A stretch of 64,000 nucleotides of DNA, from assembly GCF_964355755.1 (NCBI RefSeq), contig NC_092677.1, positions 13,042,101-13,106,100 on the forward strand, given 5' to 3'. The notes beneath the pieces were generated by a model that did not search any database, was not told the origin of the DNA, and worked only from the letters and a program-made list of their open reading frames with translations. How positions within the stretch are numbered: position 1 is the stretch's first letter; every line of letters starts with the position of its first letter. The position numbers were made by a program, and so were the translations under genes. This document shows positions 1 through 12,995 of this stretch, in pieces. Origin of the DNA: Antedon mediterranea. Lineage: Eukaryota; Animalia; Echinodermata.

Positions 1-53
1 ATCTAAGATCTTTTTGCATGCATCCATCCATCCATGCAGAATGCATTAACAAA

Positions 54-2349
54 ATGGCTTCCATTGCAGCTCGAGTTGGGAGCTCCATAAAATATTTATG
101 CAGGCTTCCAAAAGTTAGATATGGTAAGTTTTTCTTATTTATACTGTTTTTGATGCCCGTGGATGTAGATATAAGTCAAATCTTGCTGTCGAGGCCTAGA
201 TGGTTTTACCCTAACGCATCTAGGCCTAAACTAGGCCTACTACCCTAGCCTAGTAGCGAGGCCTTTTGGGCTGCCTCTAGGGCATTGGCCTAGTTAGGTA
301 GTCCTCAGTCAATTATTGCCAAGTCAGTTCGCCCCACCAATGTAAATCATTATTTTTATGCATGTCATTAACTGGTTTAAATGAAACTACATTATAATAT
401 CATGAATGTGATCACTATCTACAATTGCTACAAACAATGTTTTGTTAAATTTAAATTTTAATTACAAAAATGTATAATATTTTATACAATACATCCATAC
501 ATAGCCTATGCATGATAATTGTTATTGGCATATATTATAGCCTAGTATAGAGTATATGATAATAAATATACTACTACTGTTACTAAGCTAGGGGTAATAG
601 GCTAGGCTACATACCATAGACAGTACAACAAGACTAGCTTAATCAATAACTTTTGATTATTTTTTTATACTAATAGCATATCCCGTCACTCGTCAAAAAA
701 GATGGGAATCAACCGATGTAAAACGTAAGTAAATAATTTAGCTAGGCCTATGAAACAATATAATTACAATGAATTTATTAATTTACATAATATAAATAAA
801 TAGGCCATAGATAGTATATAGTATATTATTTGTATTTCAATCCATTTCAGCTACACTTAAACCATTTGATCAACTTAAGAGAGACACCTTAGAAGAGTAT
901 GGACGCTATGTGGCAGATTGCATACCCAAATACGTCCAGAAAGTCCAAGTAACTCACCAGAACGAACTTGAGGTTATGATACACCCTGAGGGCGTTCTAC
1001 CCGTTCTGACATTTTTACGAGATCACAGCAATGCACAGTTTAAATCACTTGTTGATGAAACAGCCATAGATGTTCCAAAAAGAATTAATAGGTTTGAGGT
1101 TTGTAATAAAAGATTTTAAAAATATTTCCATCAACTAAATTTATTTGATCACCTTGCTAAATTTAACATGCAATAGAATCTTTAAATATCACCTTTCCTT
1201 CCAGTACTACTGATTGACACATTATACAAAATGAATCAATCAAATTGCAAGGGTACAGTGGTCTTCTAAACTGTAATTGAATAATTGTGAATTTAAATTG
1301 CTTATTTTTACAGGTGATATACAATTTACTTTCACTTCGATATAATTCAAGAATTAGAGTAAAGACATATACAGATGAGCTAACACCATTGGATTCTATA
1401 TACTGTATATTCAAAGCAGCCGATTGGTATGAACGAGAGGTAAGAACAAAATTTACAAGTTGCAGCCAGCTGTTGCCAATGCAGTTGCTGCCCAAGCTGT
1501 TGCCAATGCAGTTGCAGTCGAATCTGTTGCCAATGCAGTTGCAGCCGAAGCTGTTGCCAATGCAGTTGCAGCCGAAGCTGTTGCCAATGTAGTTGCGGCC
1601 AGTTGTTGCCAATGTAGTTGCAGCCCAAGCTGTTGCTAATGCAGTTGCAGTCAGCTGTTGCCAATGCAGTTGCAGCCCAAGCTGTTGCTAATGCAGTTTG
1701 CAGCCAAGCTGTTGCTAATGCAGTTGCAGCCAAAGCTGTTGTCGATGCAGTTGCAGCCCAAGCTGTTGCTAATGTAGTTGTAGCCCAAGCTGTTGCCAAT
1801 GCAGTTGCAGGTCAAGCTTTGCCAATGCAGCTCCAGGCTAAGCTGGAATTAGAATTTACACACTTGAGACAGCCTGAAACCATACCCTTTTCTTTGTAGA
1901 TATGGGACATGTATGGAGTATTCTTCTCAGATCATCCTGACTTGAGACGTATTTTGACAGACTATGGATTTGAGGGACATCCACTTAGAAAAGATTTCCC
2001 TCTAAGTGGTTATGTAGAGGTATGTGTACAAACATCAAGAATATTGTCTGTACTGTATCATAGGCAAAATCTGTAACACAGTGTCACTTATGTATCACTT
2101 ATAGGGCTAAGTCTAAAATAATAATTGCTTACTTGATTATACATGTACAAGTCATAGTTCAACAATTTGTTCCCGTTTATTTTTTAGGTAAGGTACGATG
2201 ATGAACAGAAGCGAATTATTTGCGAACCACTAGAGATGACGCAAGAATTCCGTAAATTTGATTTGAATACGCCATGGGAAACATTCCCAGCATACCGGGA
2301 AGGAGAAACGGAACAAATCGAATCCGGAAAAACAGAAAAAAAAGAGTAA
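54..2349 (+). CDS. NDUFS3: NADH:ubiquinone oxidoreductase core subunit S3 (30 kDa), 6 coding exons
   Basis: Exons 54-123, 677-724, 851-1098, 1314-1439, 1900-2019, 2188-2349, all GT-AG and phase-compatible. The spliced protein has a basic transit-peptide-like N-terminus plus [100 protein letters not shown] and [13 protein letters not shown]. Confidence 0.97.
1458..1832. repeat. 27-bp minisatellite in NDUFS3 intron 4
   Basis: About 13-14 tandem copies of GCTGTTGCCAATGCAGTTGCAGCCCAA with point variants. Confidence 0.95.
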
Positions 2350-3644
2350 ACATTTCTGAATTTATAATAGACAATATAATTTTATTGACGAATTTTGGAT
2401 GTTTCAGTTAGAAAAATATATACTATGGAATTACATTTCAATGTTGAATGCACTTCTACGGAATGTCAGAGTTTGGTATGTTTTAATTTATGAACAAAAA
2501 TATGGAAATAATCAATAACTGTTTTTGCTTCAATGGTGAAAATGGTGGTGTGTCAATCTAAAACACATGATCAAGAAGGTTACATGAACATGTTACTATA
2601 CTGTGTACAAAATGTTTCCTGGTTTAACTGACCGGAAACAACCAACAGTAAAGTAAAGTGGTTTTGGATATCTTGTACGCTTTTCAAACAGAATCGTGCA
2701 TAGGTACATTTTGTACAGGTGGTGGCCAGTGGCTAACCAATTAATGAGACTAAAGTGCCTCACAGTTGGAATAGCCAGGCTGGTTTTGAAAGCATGCATG
2801 TCTGTATTTTGCTCCATATCTCATGACTAAAAGAATACTGTGTACTTAAAAATTTGTGCAACAACTAGAATTGGAAAAATGAGTGCGAGATTCACCCCAC
2901 TGTATAACCCTAAAGATAAGACAGTGTTGCTTTTTCTAGTACCATCACATCCTATAAAATGTTTAGGTTATAAAATTGTATAACTGTTTGCGGTTGGTGT
3001 TTATTTCATTAGTCGCGTCAATTGCACTTAAATTTTATGATGCAGTTACTATTTTTCTGCTCAAATTTTTGGAATAAATTCTCTGATTGGTCAGCCTCTG
3101 TACTACACAATACTGTGCCAGTAGTAACCATCACATCGTATGTCTTAATATAACACTTAATCTTGGTATCAGTTTCCAATTGATTGATTGATAATAACAA
3201 CAACCTGCAGAAATATGTAATTCTATTCACTATAAATAAAGACATTAAAAAGATTGATCTCATTAACCTTGTATTTGATTGCGGTATAAAATATCAAATC
3301 CACATATAATTATATTCTATACACAAAGAAACTGAAAACGTGTTCTTGTTGTTTACTGTATTCTTTAAGAAAATGCTTTCTGAAAGCTAGGAATTATAGT
3401 TAATAATTAGTTCAAAAACGTACATAACTTAGCACGAGCAAGTAATAGCAAACAAACTGCTCTTAAGCCATCAATAACATCAACCTGACAACATTAAAAA
3501 ATACATACAAAGTAGTACAACATTATTACAGCTTATCGCCAGGAAATTTTCCATGTAGTTGATGACAACATTTAGGAGGAGATAGAGGGTGAAGAAATAC
3601 TTAAGTCTTAGGACCCATCTTAGTTTTAGGCCATATAGAGTTTA

Positions 3645-4520
3645 CCATGGGACTGAATCTCTTTGGATATCCCATGGCTATGATATAATAGTTGACTGTG
3701 GGACTGAATCTCATTGGATATCCCATGGCTATAATATAATAGTTGACAGTGAGACTGAATCTCATTGGATATCCCATGGCTATAATATAATAGTTGACTG
3801 TGGGACTGAATCTCATTGGATATCCCATGGCTATAATATAATAGTTGACTGTGAGACTGAATCTCATTGGATATCCCATGGCTATAATAATAGTTGACTG
3901 TGAGACTGAATCTCATTGGATATCCCATGGCTATAATATAATAGTTGACTGTGAGACTGAATCTCATTGGATATCCCATGGCTATAATATAATAGTTGAC
4001 TGTGGGACTGAATCTCATTGGATATCCCATGGCTATAATATAATAGTTGACTGTGAGACTGAATCTCATTGGATATCCCATGGCTATAATATAATAGTTG
4101 ACTGTGAGACTGAATCTCATTGGATATCCCATGGCTATAATATAATAGTTGACTGTGAGACTGAATCTCATTGGATATCCCATGGCTATAATATAATAGT
4201 TGACTGTGAGACTGAATCTAATTGGATATCCCATGGCTATGATATAATAGTTGACTGTGGGACTGAATCTCATTGGACATCCCATGGCTGTAATAGAAGA
4301 GTTGATCGTGGGACTGAATCTCATCATTGCATATCCCATGGCTATTAGTTGACCGTCGGCCAGACTGAATCTCATCATTGGATATCCCATGGTTATAATA
4401 TAATAGTTGACCGTGGCACAGAATCTCGTCATTGGATATCCTATGGCTATAGTATAGTTGACCACCATGAGACTGAATCTCATCATTGAATATCGCATGG
4501 CTGTAATAGAAGAGTTGACC
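3645..4520. repeat. 51-bp minisatellite
   Basis: About 17 tandem copies of GGGACTGAATCTCATTGGATATCCCATGGCTATAATATAATAGTTGACTGT, degenerating towards the right end. Confidence 0.96.
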
Positions 4521-6139
4521 CCATATAATAATAGCACTTTAATACATGCATACTTCAAGCATAGATCATTCGTTAATATAATAGCTTTCATGGAAGTAGT
4601 AAAAGGTCAAGTGTATTCAGTATTTTATCAAGTGGTATTTAATCGGCCTCAGCAAATTATACTAAAAGCTTTGCACATTTTCATCATAAAAACAGTACTG
4701 TAACATATAAAATAGTAATTGTAATGTGAAGGTTATTACTGTACATTATTATTTTAATATATATTATGTATGTTAAGTTTTATCATCATTTATTTTGCCT
4801 TCACCATCATAAACGGGACAAAAGTGTATATTAACAGACAAGAGCCTCTTCACATTGATATGTACATCTGAACATGATCTAAACAATACAAAATTTATGT
4901 TAAAATAGTATATTAAAAAAAATAACAATAAATTTTTTATTTTTTACTGGACTCTTCATACAATCATTAAACTTTTAAAAGCTCACTGCTTTTATAAAAT
5001 AATGTATTATTCTATTTTGGATACGACTCATATCACATAATACTAAATATTTTAACAGTATACTGTATGTGTATGTAATTGCAACCCCATCAATTTCAGT
5101 TAGATGTCAACAACATTTAAAGGAATGTATCATAAATAATAATAATAATAAATTATAATATTGTAATTGTACATAATGGTCTGTAAAACATAAATACAGT
5201 ACGAGAATGTTTTATTATGGAACAAAATTAAATTAATTATTAATAAACGATTGAGGAATTTAATTCGTCCATAATGGAAAAAAATGGAAATATTTTCATT
5301 TTTGTAGAAATAGCAGTCACATTGATTTATGAATCTATAAAATGATATAATTTATTATTTTTTTAAAATTAAAAATATAATACAGTAACCTACTGTAATT
5401 AAAGTACTATGTATATGCATGTACTACACAGTGTATTAACACTACAAACATTTTGTCAGTTAAAACAATGGCACTTAAAAATACAAACTATACTATACAC
5501 TATCACTTCAGCATACTGCTAGTGGATGTGCGCTGTATAAATCTTATTATTATTTATTATGTAAATTTATAGTACTTTCAAATGCTATACAATACAACAG
5601 AATATTTGCATTTACACTCAAAATAAAAACTTAATAAAAATATTTGACATATTATTATATAAGGTAAACAATTATTATACTAAGAAGATGGTTTGGTGTT
5701 CCCCAAACACATGAAAAATGACTCAGACAAACTATTATGTGACAGTAAAATGGCATATTGGAAAAACAATTTTTTTTTAGGGGACAACATATCTTTAAAT
5801 AAAGAATCCTCATTGAACTTGATGGTAATGTATTCTGGATGGGAGGCCTTATTACTTCCAATACTATTTATATACCCTGTATAATTAATGCGTTTTATTG
5901 CCAAATTATTTTATGGGACCGTACGTATAACCACTGTTATACTTATACGTACCGCGACAGGCAACCAATTTTAAAGCATTTAGATGTCACGTGTTAATCC
6001 ACATGGAAAGGGTTTTTCGTAAGCCAGCTGTGTCGCGTGGTGGGTTTGTAACGAAGCTGTGGCCTAGAGGTTGTAGGATCCATTCTCTGACGACGTCTTT
6101 TTTTTTTTTTGTAATTTAAGAGAAATTATTTAGAGGGTT

Positions 6140-6356
6140 TAGGTTTTTAATATTTAGGATGAGTTTTAATATTTAGGACGAGTTTTACTATTTAGGACGA
6201 GTTTTACTGTTTAGGACGAGTTTTATTATTTAGGATGAGTTTTATTATTTAGAACGAGTTTTAATATTTAGGAAGAGTTTCATTATTTAGGACGAGTTTT
6301 ACTATTTAGGCCAAGTTTTAATATTTAAGACGAGTTTTATTATTTAGGACGAGTTA
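6140..6356. repeat. 19-bp minisatellite
   Basis: About 11 copies of TTTAGGACGAGTTTTA(C/T/A)TA just downstream of the Rab stop codon. Confidence 0.9.
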
Positions 6357-6441
6357 CGGCTGTATGTATAACTATTTTTTGTTATACGTCCATTGGCGGT
6401 ACATATATTTTTGTCCCTTAGTTATTTATACCTAATTATTT

Positions 6442-7387
6442 TCACCGATCACAACAATTTATATCTGTTTTTGTTTTAATTATACCCTTTGTTTCCATAC
6501 AAAGTATGTCCACATCACTGTGTCTTGATTTTCTATAGTGAAGTCGAATTACATTTCCCGATTTGTCGTGTACATCTGTACATTTACATTTTTGTAAATC
6601 ATAAAATAAATATTCGGCGACTTTGTGAAACATAGACTCTACAGATATATCTTCTTTTGCGGATACTTCGTAAACTTTCGCTATCCCTTCTAAATTTTTC
6701 CCAAGTATATCGCGAGCATGTACAATAGTTGATTCCCCGTTGGAATACTCTTCAGGCTCTAGATCTAATTTATTTCCTATAAGAAAAATCGGAGCATTTT
6801 CAATTCGACAATTAAACGTTCGTATCCATTCAGGAATACGTCTGAGAGTAACAGCCCTTGAAATGTCATAGACGAGAAGACCGGCTGTGGATCCACGGAA
6901 GTAAGTCTCTGTCAGCGATCGTGCTCGCTCCATATCTGCTGTGTCCCATAATTCAACCTAAAAAAGAATGAAAACTAAATTGTACAATTTAATCCTTATA
7001 TCAATTATCGCATGAGGCTATTTGTTGACATGGTCAACTGAGCATGTAATTTAAGTTTTCTTGGTGTTAAATTGAATTTTCTACCAACAAGGTATTCCAT
7101 TGGCATATTAGACCGTGCCCAATAGCCACTTCCACTTGTTATACTCACGGTTGTAGACTATTTTAAATATTAAAGCCAAGAGATATAATAATTACCTCAA
7201 CCGGTGTACTGTCCTCGCCCACTGCAAGATGCCTGGTGAATTGCGACCGGTCGATTATTAGGGAGGCCTGACGAGAGTCTGGAATTTCTTTATTTCTAAA
7301 TCGCTCAAAAAGAGAGGTTTTCCCAACATCGCATTCGCCCAGTAGAATCAACTTATAACGAGGCTTCCATACGTTACTTACTTGCAT
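6442..7387 (-). CDS. Atypical Rab-family small GTPase (2 exons, about 235 aa)
   Basis: Exon 1 7387-7196 (MQVSNVWKPRYKLILLGECDVGKTSL...TPVE|gtaat), phase-0 intron, exon 2 6957-6442 (tag|VELWDTADMERARSLTETYFRGSTAGLLVYDIS...LIGNKLDL...YEVSAK...DINCCDR*). G1, G4 and G5 motifs and a C-terminal CCxx prenylation signal are present. Confidence 0.9.
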
Positions 7388-7855
7388 GTTGACATTAACA
7401 GTACGGTAAATAAACAATAAATAAACTTCACGGAAACATATTCGCTCAAGACTACCGATTTTTACTACTGTATATTTCTATTATTACTACGTGTTGATGT
7501 TTACAATTTGTTAAATAGCGCCCTCTACAATAACACAGTTGACGTGTTTTGAATTATTTTCATTGACGGACGGAAGGAGGAACGTAGGCCTCTGGGCTGG
7601 GCCTAGGCTAAATTTAGCTCTATTAACTAATTTATTATTTAGAAAAATGATATAATGGCTTAAACGAACTGTCTATATCATTGATGTAAATTAAATGGTA
7701 TGTAGTATTTTCTTGCATTGCGTTGATTGATTCAATATGCCAGTCAGTGTCGTCAGTGCTGCTAGCTAGATGATAGAGGCTAGTAGGCCTAGGCCTAGTA
7801 GGACTAATAAATAACTAGGCTAGGCGCGCCTCTATATCGAGGCCTAGCTAGCCGG

Positions 7856-7980
7856 TTATCAGACGATCGGGACCACGGACGATTGGGCCCACTTCAAGTC
7901 GATCGGGCCCATCAAGGGTGTAAGACGATCGGGACCACAGACGATCTATCTATCTATGAATAAGACGATCAGGCCCAAAA
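7856..7980. repeat. Short cluster of AGACGATCGGG(A/C)CCAC repeats, probably the subterminal region of a DNA transposon
   Basis: Five to six imperfect copies of GACGATCGGGMCC. No matching opposite end is seen in the window. Confidence 0.45.
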
Positions 7981-8064
7981 CATTCTTGGAAAATTTTAAA
8001 AAATAACCATCTATTAATTAGGCTTAGGGCCTACTTATAAGTTAGGCCTAGGCCTAGGCCTATA

Positions 8065-8300
8065 GCTCTTTAAGTTTTGGCGCTCCATAAAACAAATATA
8101 TTGAACTTCGAGTATGCTAAATTCGCAAACTGTATGCAAGAAACATGTCTGTAAAATCATCAATTTAAAGGATTTATTTGTTACTTTTTATGTGATTCTT
8201 CTTCCTAAAAGTACTTATGATGAGGCCCAATTTTAAGGTGTGGTATTCACAATATGTTACTTAACAAGTTTGGAGTCAAAAAGAAGAATACAAAATGCTT
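8065..8300. mobile_element. One arm of the palindromic MITE family also found at 13532-14164
   Basis: TTTTGGCGCTCCATAAAACAAA...GTCTGTAAAATCATCAATTTAAAG...GTGTGGTATT...TTTGGAGTCAAAA aligns by eye to 13935-14150. Confidence 0.75.
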
Positions 8301-8309
8301 CCTTCATCA

Positions 8310-8549
8310 TGATTTGATAGGCGAGTGGTTAGGACACTTGACTGTCATACAGATAGACCCGGGTTCAATTCCCGACAACTTCCAGTCCACTCAGCTATAA
8401 ATGAGTACCTGGTTGAAAATACTAGGTAGAAAAAAAGGCGGCGTGGGAAGGAACTGGCCACCCTACCACATAATGCCGAGGCTTAGTACAATGAGCTCCT
8501 AACAGCTCATTCCCCTACATTCAGAATGAATATGGGACTCGCCTCACCA
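8310..8549 (+). mobile_element. tRNA-derived SINE
   Basis: tRNA-like head with A box (TAGGCGAGTGG), an anticodon-like arm CTGTCAT and B box GGTTCAATTCC, followed by CAGTCCACTCAGCTATAAATGAGTACC (CORE-like central segment) and a SINE-type tail. Confidence 0.8.
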
Positions 8550-8939
8550 TATAGGCCCTAGGCCAGGCCTAATTATTATATAATTATGTATACAACATTT
8601 TTTTATGTAATTCCTGTTTTTTTGTTGCTAATTTTAGATAAAAAAAGAAATGGGAATGCTAGTCAAGTCGTCCTATCGCAAAATCGACCCATCGCAAATA
8701 AAAAAACTACTTATTGCATGTAACTTAATTTATTAATAAAACGTTTAAATATTTACAAAATAAATAAAAAATCTCCAATTAAAAAAAATGTAGATAAAAC
8801 ATTGTAAGATAGAAACATTGTGTGTTAAATCGAAATTTAGAAACATAAGATTTCATTGAATACTTACATTCAACATTCACATTTTTTACACAACAGTATT
8901 TACAATAAAGAGGACAGTTTTCAACAATGAAAACAATTA

Positions 8940-11340
8940 CTGGCTAAAAGGAGCATGCCCATATACTTTGCTGCACCCTCTTAGCAGCTGATTGGCGTCA
9001 ATTAATTCCCCCCACAGCTTGAAACCCTAACCCTTGCCTGCTTACATGACTGTCTTTTCTGCCTTTTTTTAGAGACTTGTACATATTCATACCGTGTTTG
9101 GCTTTGTGATTTAGTCTATTATGCCAATCTGAAAAACATGAGAAAATAAACATTGGTTTACTTTGAAAGAATTGTAAATGTAGTTGTTGCCAGGTGTGTA
9201 CATAAATAGGTTGCATTAAACTCAAGATTCATACTACTATAGGCAATGATATCACAAATACGAAGATGAGATTGTCAATATTACAAGAATGATCTATGAA
9301 ATGTTATACAGACCTTCAGCATCATTGTGCATAATGCTTCAATCATTTGGATTCCATGATGCTCCACGAAGCCATGTTTCTTCAATGTACTGAAAACAAA
9401 AATATCACTGTATTGCAATTTAGAAATGACAAAGAGATGAGGATATCTGTGAGAATGAAAATGGGTCACAGAACCACCTGCTTGATAGGCCGGTGTGCAA
9501 TAGACCGCTGGGTCAAAATTGACTGTAATCATAATGTTTTATAACAAAAATTAAACTATGGTTATTCTACAAATCGGCACGTTTATAGGCTTTTATAGCA
9601 GTATTAAGAGGTAATCTATATTAGAAAAGTCACATTATTAGACATCGAATTTGAAAAAAAAAATGCATTGCCATTGAACAGTCTAAAGTTGCTGTTAATT
9701 TCTTTGAAAATTCCAACGTAACTAAGTAGCTACGATTACACAGATACTCCAGATCACCGCCTTTGAAAAAGGAAAGAAAATAAAAGTAAAGAGATTAAAG
9801 ATCAATACAAATTCAAAGAAAGCTTACATTTGGAAATTCTGCCTCAATTGCCTTCCACATCCCTGCCTCAAAATCCATCATCACTTCTTCAACTACTCGG
9901 GGATCCTGCCACTATCGCTTTCAATACCGTCTTGTAGTCGCTGCTGCTCTTGCCTGACATCAATGCATACGCAAGCGGTACCTGTTTTTGTCGACCCATT
10001 CTTTTTGACAAAACAATGTATGGAGAACAGTTGGTAGAATGGCCGTCTTACCACCTTGAACGTTCCATCTATGTAAAGTTTCTTTGCCTTCGCCAGTAGA
10101 GTAAGCTGATCAGGACGTGCAAAAACGAGATGTCTTCTGCCGTTGCGACGTAAAATGTCTTTCAGCAAAAATCCTATAACAAATAAAAATGTCGTTGAGT
10201 ACATTTTTGAACTTAAAAAAACAAGTATTCAACAATGTTACATTGGGAATAAAGCAATTGACCAATAACATAGTTTTAAAGGAATAAATTAACTGTCATT
10301 GGATTTTTTTATACAAAGATACATAAAACATCGTCTAATATTAAGGTCAGTTGCGGGCGATGGTACATGGTTGCATAAATAGTTGTTCCATCGTGTTTGT
10401 AATATACTTCTGATGGTTGTCTACAGGCAAAAGTTAACTTTGCAGATAACTGAAATAATTGATCTATCAATAAATCAATGTCAGTTAAAAATACCTTCTG
10501 GAATGTTTTCATGTGCCAATGCAAATTCAAGGTTCATCAGATGGTTTGGTCGCTGGCTTTCTCGGATCCTGTTGGCCGTCCTGACCAGGCTGTCGACTAT
10601 GGGTAGTTACGGCATCGGTGCATCTGTGACAGTTTCGACGAGGACATCCTCCACAATTGTTGCAGCAGATCTGAAGACATTTAAAGCAGCTTGAAACTTT
10701 ATACTTTTCGCGACCTCCGTCACCACATCTTCACCAGGTTTCCCTGGATTATTATGAAGTCATCCCTTTGTTTCACCGTCGCTCCGCATATTAACTTGCG
10801 GTTCCTTATCGAACATCTTGAAGAAAACAATGTAAAAAATGTTAATTTAGGTCTTAATTCATCGATGTTTGAGAGTGGTACTAACTGTAGGGCTTGTGAT
10901 TATCTGCTAAAGATTAACTGACATGAAAATTTTCACATTTTTAGCAAAATCTTCCAATTTAAGTTATTTAAAAAAACACGTTTGTGACATATTATGGATC
11001 GTACAAAAAAAAATCGAAATAGTATTTTGCCTTCTACAAGTTTCGGCATACTGTACATGCACATGAAATGGAAGAAGTGTATTATAAGCAGCGTACATAT
11101 ACGAATTGATGTTTAAAGTGAATAGCAGTCAAATCAATCGCTATTTTATGATTATCTAAAAAAAATATACAATTATGAATGAACCTTAACTCCAATGTGT
11201 CGATACAGAATCTGTTGCTATCTATAAATTTTGGGCGGCCTCGCTGGGATGAGGACTGTATTACTTTGAACATTATGTTGTTGTCTGGCATGTTTTCTGA
11301 TTCGCAACTGGATTCTTCGTGTATGAGTCGCTGTCATGGG
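8940..11340 (-). mobile_element. Degenerate intron-containing Mutator-like (MULE) transposase
   Basis: Minus-strand pieces: FKVIQSSSQRGRPKFIDS (FLYWCH-like start), CSIRNRKLICGATV, LVRTANRIRESQRP, RRHLVFARPDQLTLLAKAKKLYIDGTFKVVRRPFYQLFSIH (first catalytic D), MMDFEAGMWKAI (second D) and WHNRLN. Stops and frameshifts are present. Confidence 0.85.
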
Positions 11341-11383
11341 CCTCATCAGCACGTTGTTGTTGGTCTACAGTACAAGGGAAGCA

Positions 11384-11574
11384 TGTACGGTTTCCGTTCC
11401 TTTGTTGTGTCTGCACGGATTAATCTGTCCTTCAGGTACTGAGTGATACCTAGCTTTAATAGCTAGTAGTAGCAGTATTAGCGGTGATCAAAACACACTT
11501 GTACGTCTAGTAATCGAATCAAAAGAGACCGCTCCTCTCTTCGTGGACAGCTCACATGACCTTATGTTACGCTG
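11384..11574 (-). repeat. 3' LTR of the Gypsy element
   Basis: TTCCGTTCCTTTGTTGTGTCTGCACGGATTAATC...GTGGACAGCTCACATGACCTT is shared with 15867-16057. Exact ends uncertain. Confidence 0.8.
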
Positions 11575-12469
11575 ACACCCCCGCTCAACTCTAACTCTTT
11601 GGTCCTTGGACCGACTGGCTTGGCTTGTAGCACGTCTCTGAGTGATAAGAGAACTTCAAATGGGAACGCAGCCGATTAAGATGAAAATGAGAGTCAAAGG
11701 CTTGTCGTATGTCGTCTTCTTGACTCCCTGCTGTGAAGATGGAGACTGGTGTCTCCTCTTGGAAGGAGAGCGTGACGATGGCCAGGTGGCTGTTCCGGGT
11801 AGGGTGGCAGCTGGCTTGGTGTATTCTCGGCCTCAGCCTCTGTGACCAGTTGACTCATTTTAGTGAGGTCCATACATTTGGCCATTGACACCAGACAGCG
11901 CCAGTTGCCGGGTGGTTGATTGGCACAATACAAAACCCCTCCGGCGGTTCACCCTCTATTGCTGACTGTAGTTCGTTCATCATCTCCACATTACTTACGT
12001 CGATGTTCTCTTTGTGAGGTCCAACGGCCTTCTCCTTGCTTAGGCGAGATACCAGATTGTCCAGGGTGGCGTCGGGCTGGCCCAGAATCTCCTTGGTCCA
12101 TTTCTGGAGTTTGGTCCTCGTTTTTCCGTTTGGTCGACGGGTACTGGAAACATGGTGGAGTGTTGACCCCACACATGCCTCCTGATGGTATGCATGAATT
12201 CAGGTGAGATGATCGGCTCTTGCTCTCGGGCTCGGTCGGGGGCCACCTCCATCTGGGCAGCGGCTTCAGTAGCTGCTGTGGGAGTCGGTGTTGTGGTGCA
12301 CGGGGTCTCAAGGAGTAACCACCGTGCATTCTCTTGCTTCCTGCTGGACAGGGGCCGGCATTCTCCATCCACCTTTTGTTTGTGGCGCCACAATCAACCA
12401 AAAGCAATAAAAACAAGCCAATGATAAATGACTGTCAGTTGGCTGGCTATTGTCTAGCACATACCTTAT

Positions 12470-12995
12470 CCCCACGAGCATATGGGCGGGTGAGAACACG
12501 GAGGTTGTCCCTTTTCTGTGTCCAAGCATTAGAATGTTGGGGGTGTGCCCAGTTGAGCGGTTGACCGTTGCCCGAAGGGCTCCGTTTAGCTGTGGTAAGA
12601 ACACATCCCAGTGTCTTTATTGCTTGCCTACGAAACATCTTACGGCATCCATCAACGTCAGGTTGTACCGTTCCACAAGGCCATTGGCTGCTGGTCGATA
12701 GCTGGTAGTCCGGGTCCGGGATCTACTAAACTTTACATAAAGCATTAAACAATTCACTGTCGAAATTACTCCCTTCATCAGAGTGGAGCTGCAAAGGCAT
12801 GCCGAAGCTAGAGAAATAGTCCCCTACCACTGCTCGTGCCATTACCGCCACTGCCTGACAAGGGAGTGGGCTGGCTTCAACCCATTTGGTAAATCGGTCC
12901 ACCATCATTAAAACATAAGCATTGCCCCGGCGGCTTCTAGGTAACGGCTCAAGGAAATCGATATGTACTCACTCCATGAGTGCTCCCACATGAAA
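12470..12995 (-). pseudogene. Gypsy integrase core, disrupted
   Basis: rve-type motifs split over several frames (ORFs 12726-12908 and 12308-12604) with stops and frameshifts. Confidence 0.9.

Noticed and set aside
1163-1899. Ala-rich, Gln-rich and Cys-rich ORFs resembling antifreeze or structural proteins
   Set aside because: They are translations of a 27-bp minisatellite inside NDUFS3 intron 4; the flanking exons splice in frame without it.
2181-2195. Recursive splice site (tttttag|GTAAGG) at the NDUFS3 last exon
   Set aside because: The bases encode conserved Val-Arg and there is no evident downstream exon to splice to.
3645-4520. CRISPR-like array
   Set aside because: Pure tandem repeat with no unique spacers and no cas genes, in a eukaryotic context.
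3589-4591. 321-aa and 167-aa repeat-protein ORFs
   Set aside because: The 51-bp unit is a multiple of 3, so ORFs appear on both strands; a 2-bp deletion near 3888 shifts frames and there are no gene signals.
8310-8385. Functional tRNA-Asp gene
   Set aside because: The acceptor and anticodon stems pair poorly and the sequence runs directly into a SINE body.
8940-11340. Domesticated MULE-derived host gene
   Set aside because: In-frame stops, frameshifts and missing segments indicate decay.
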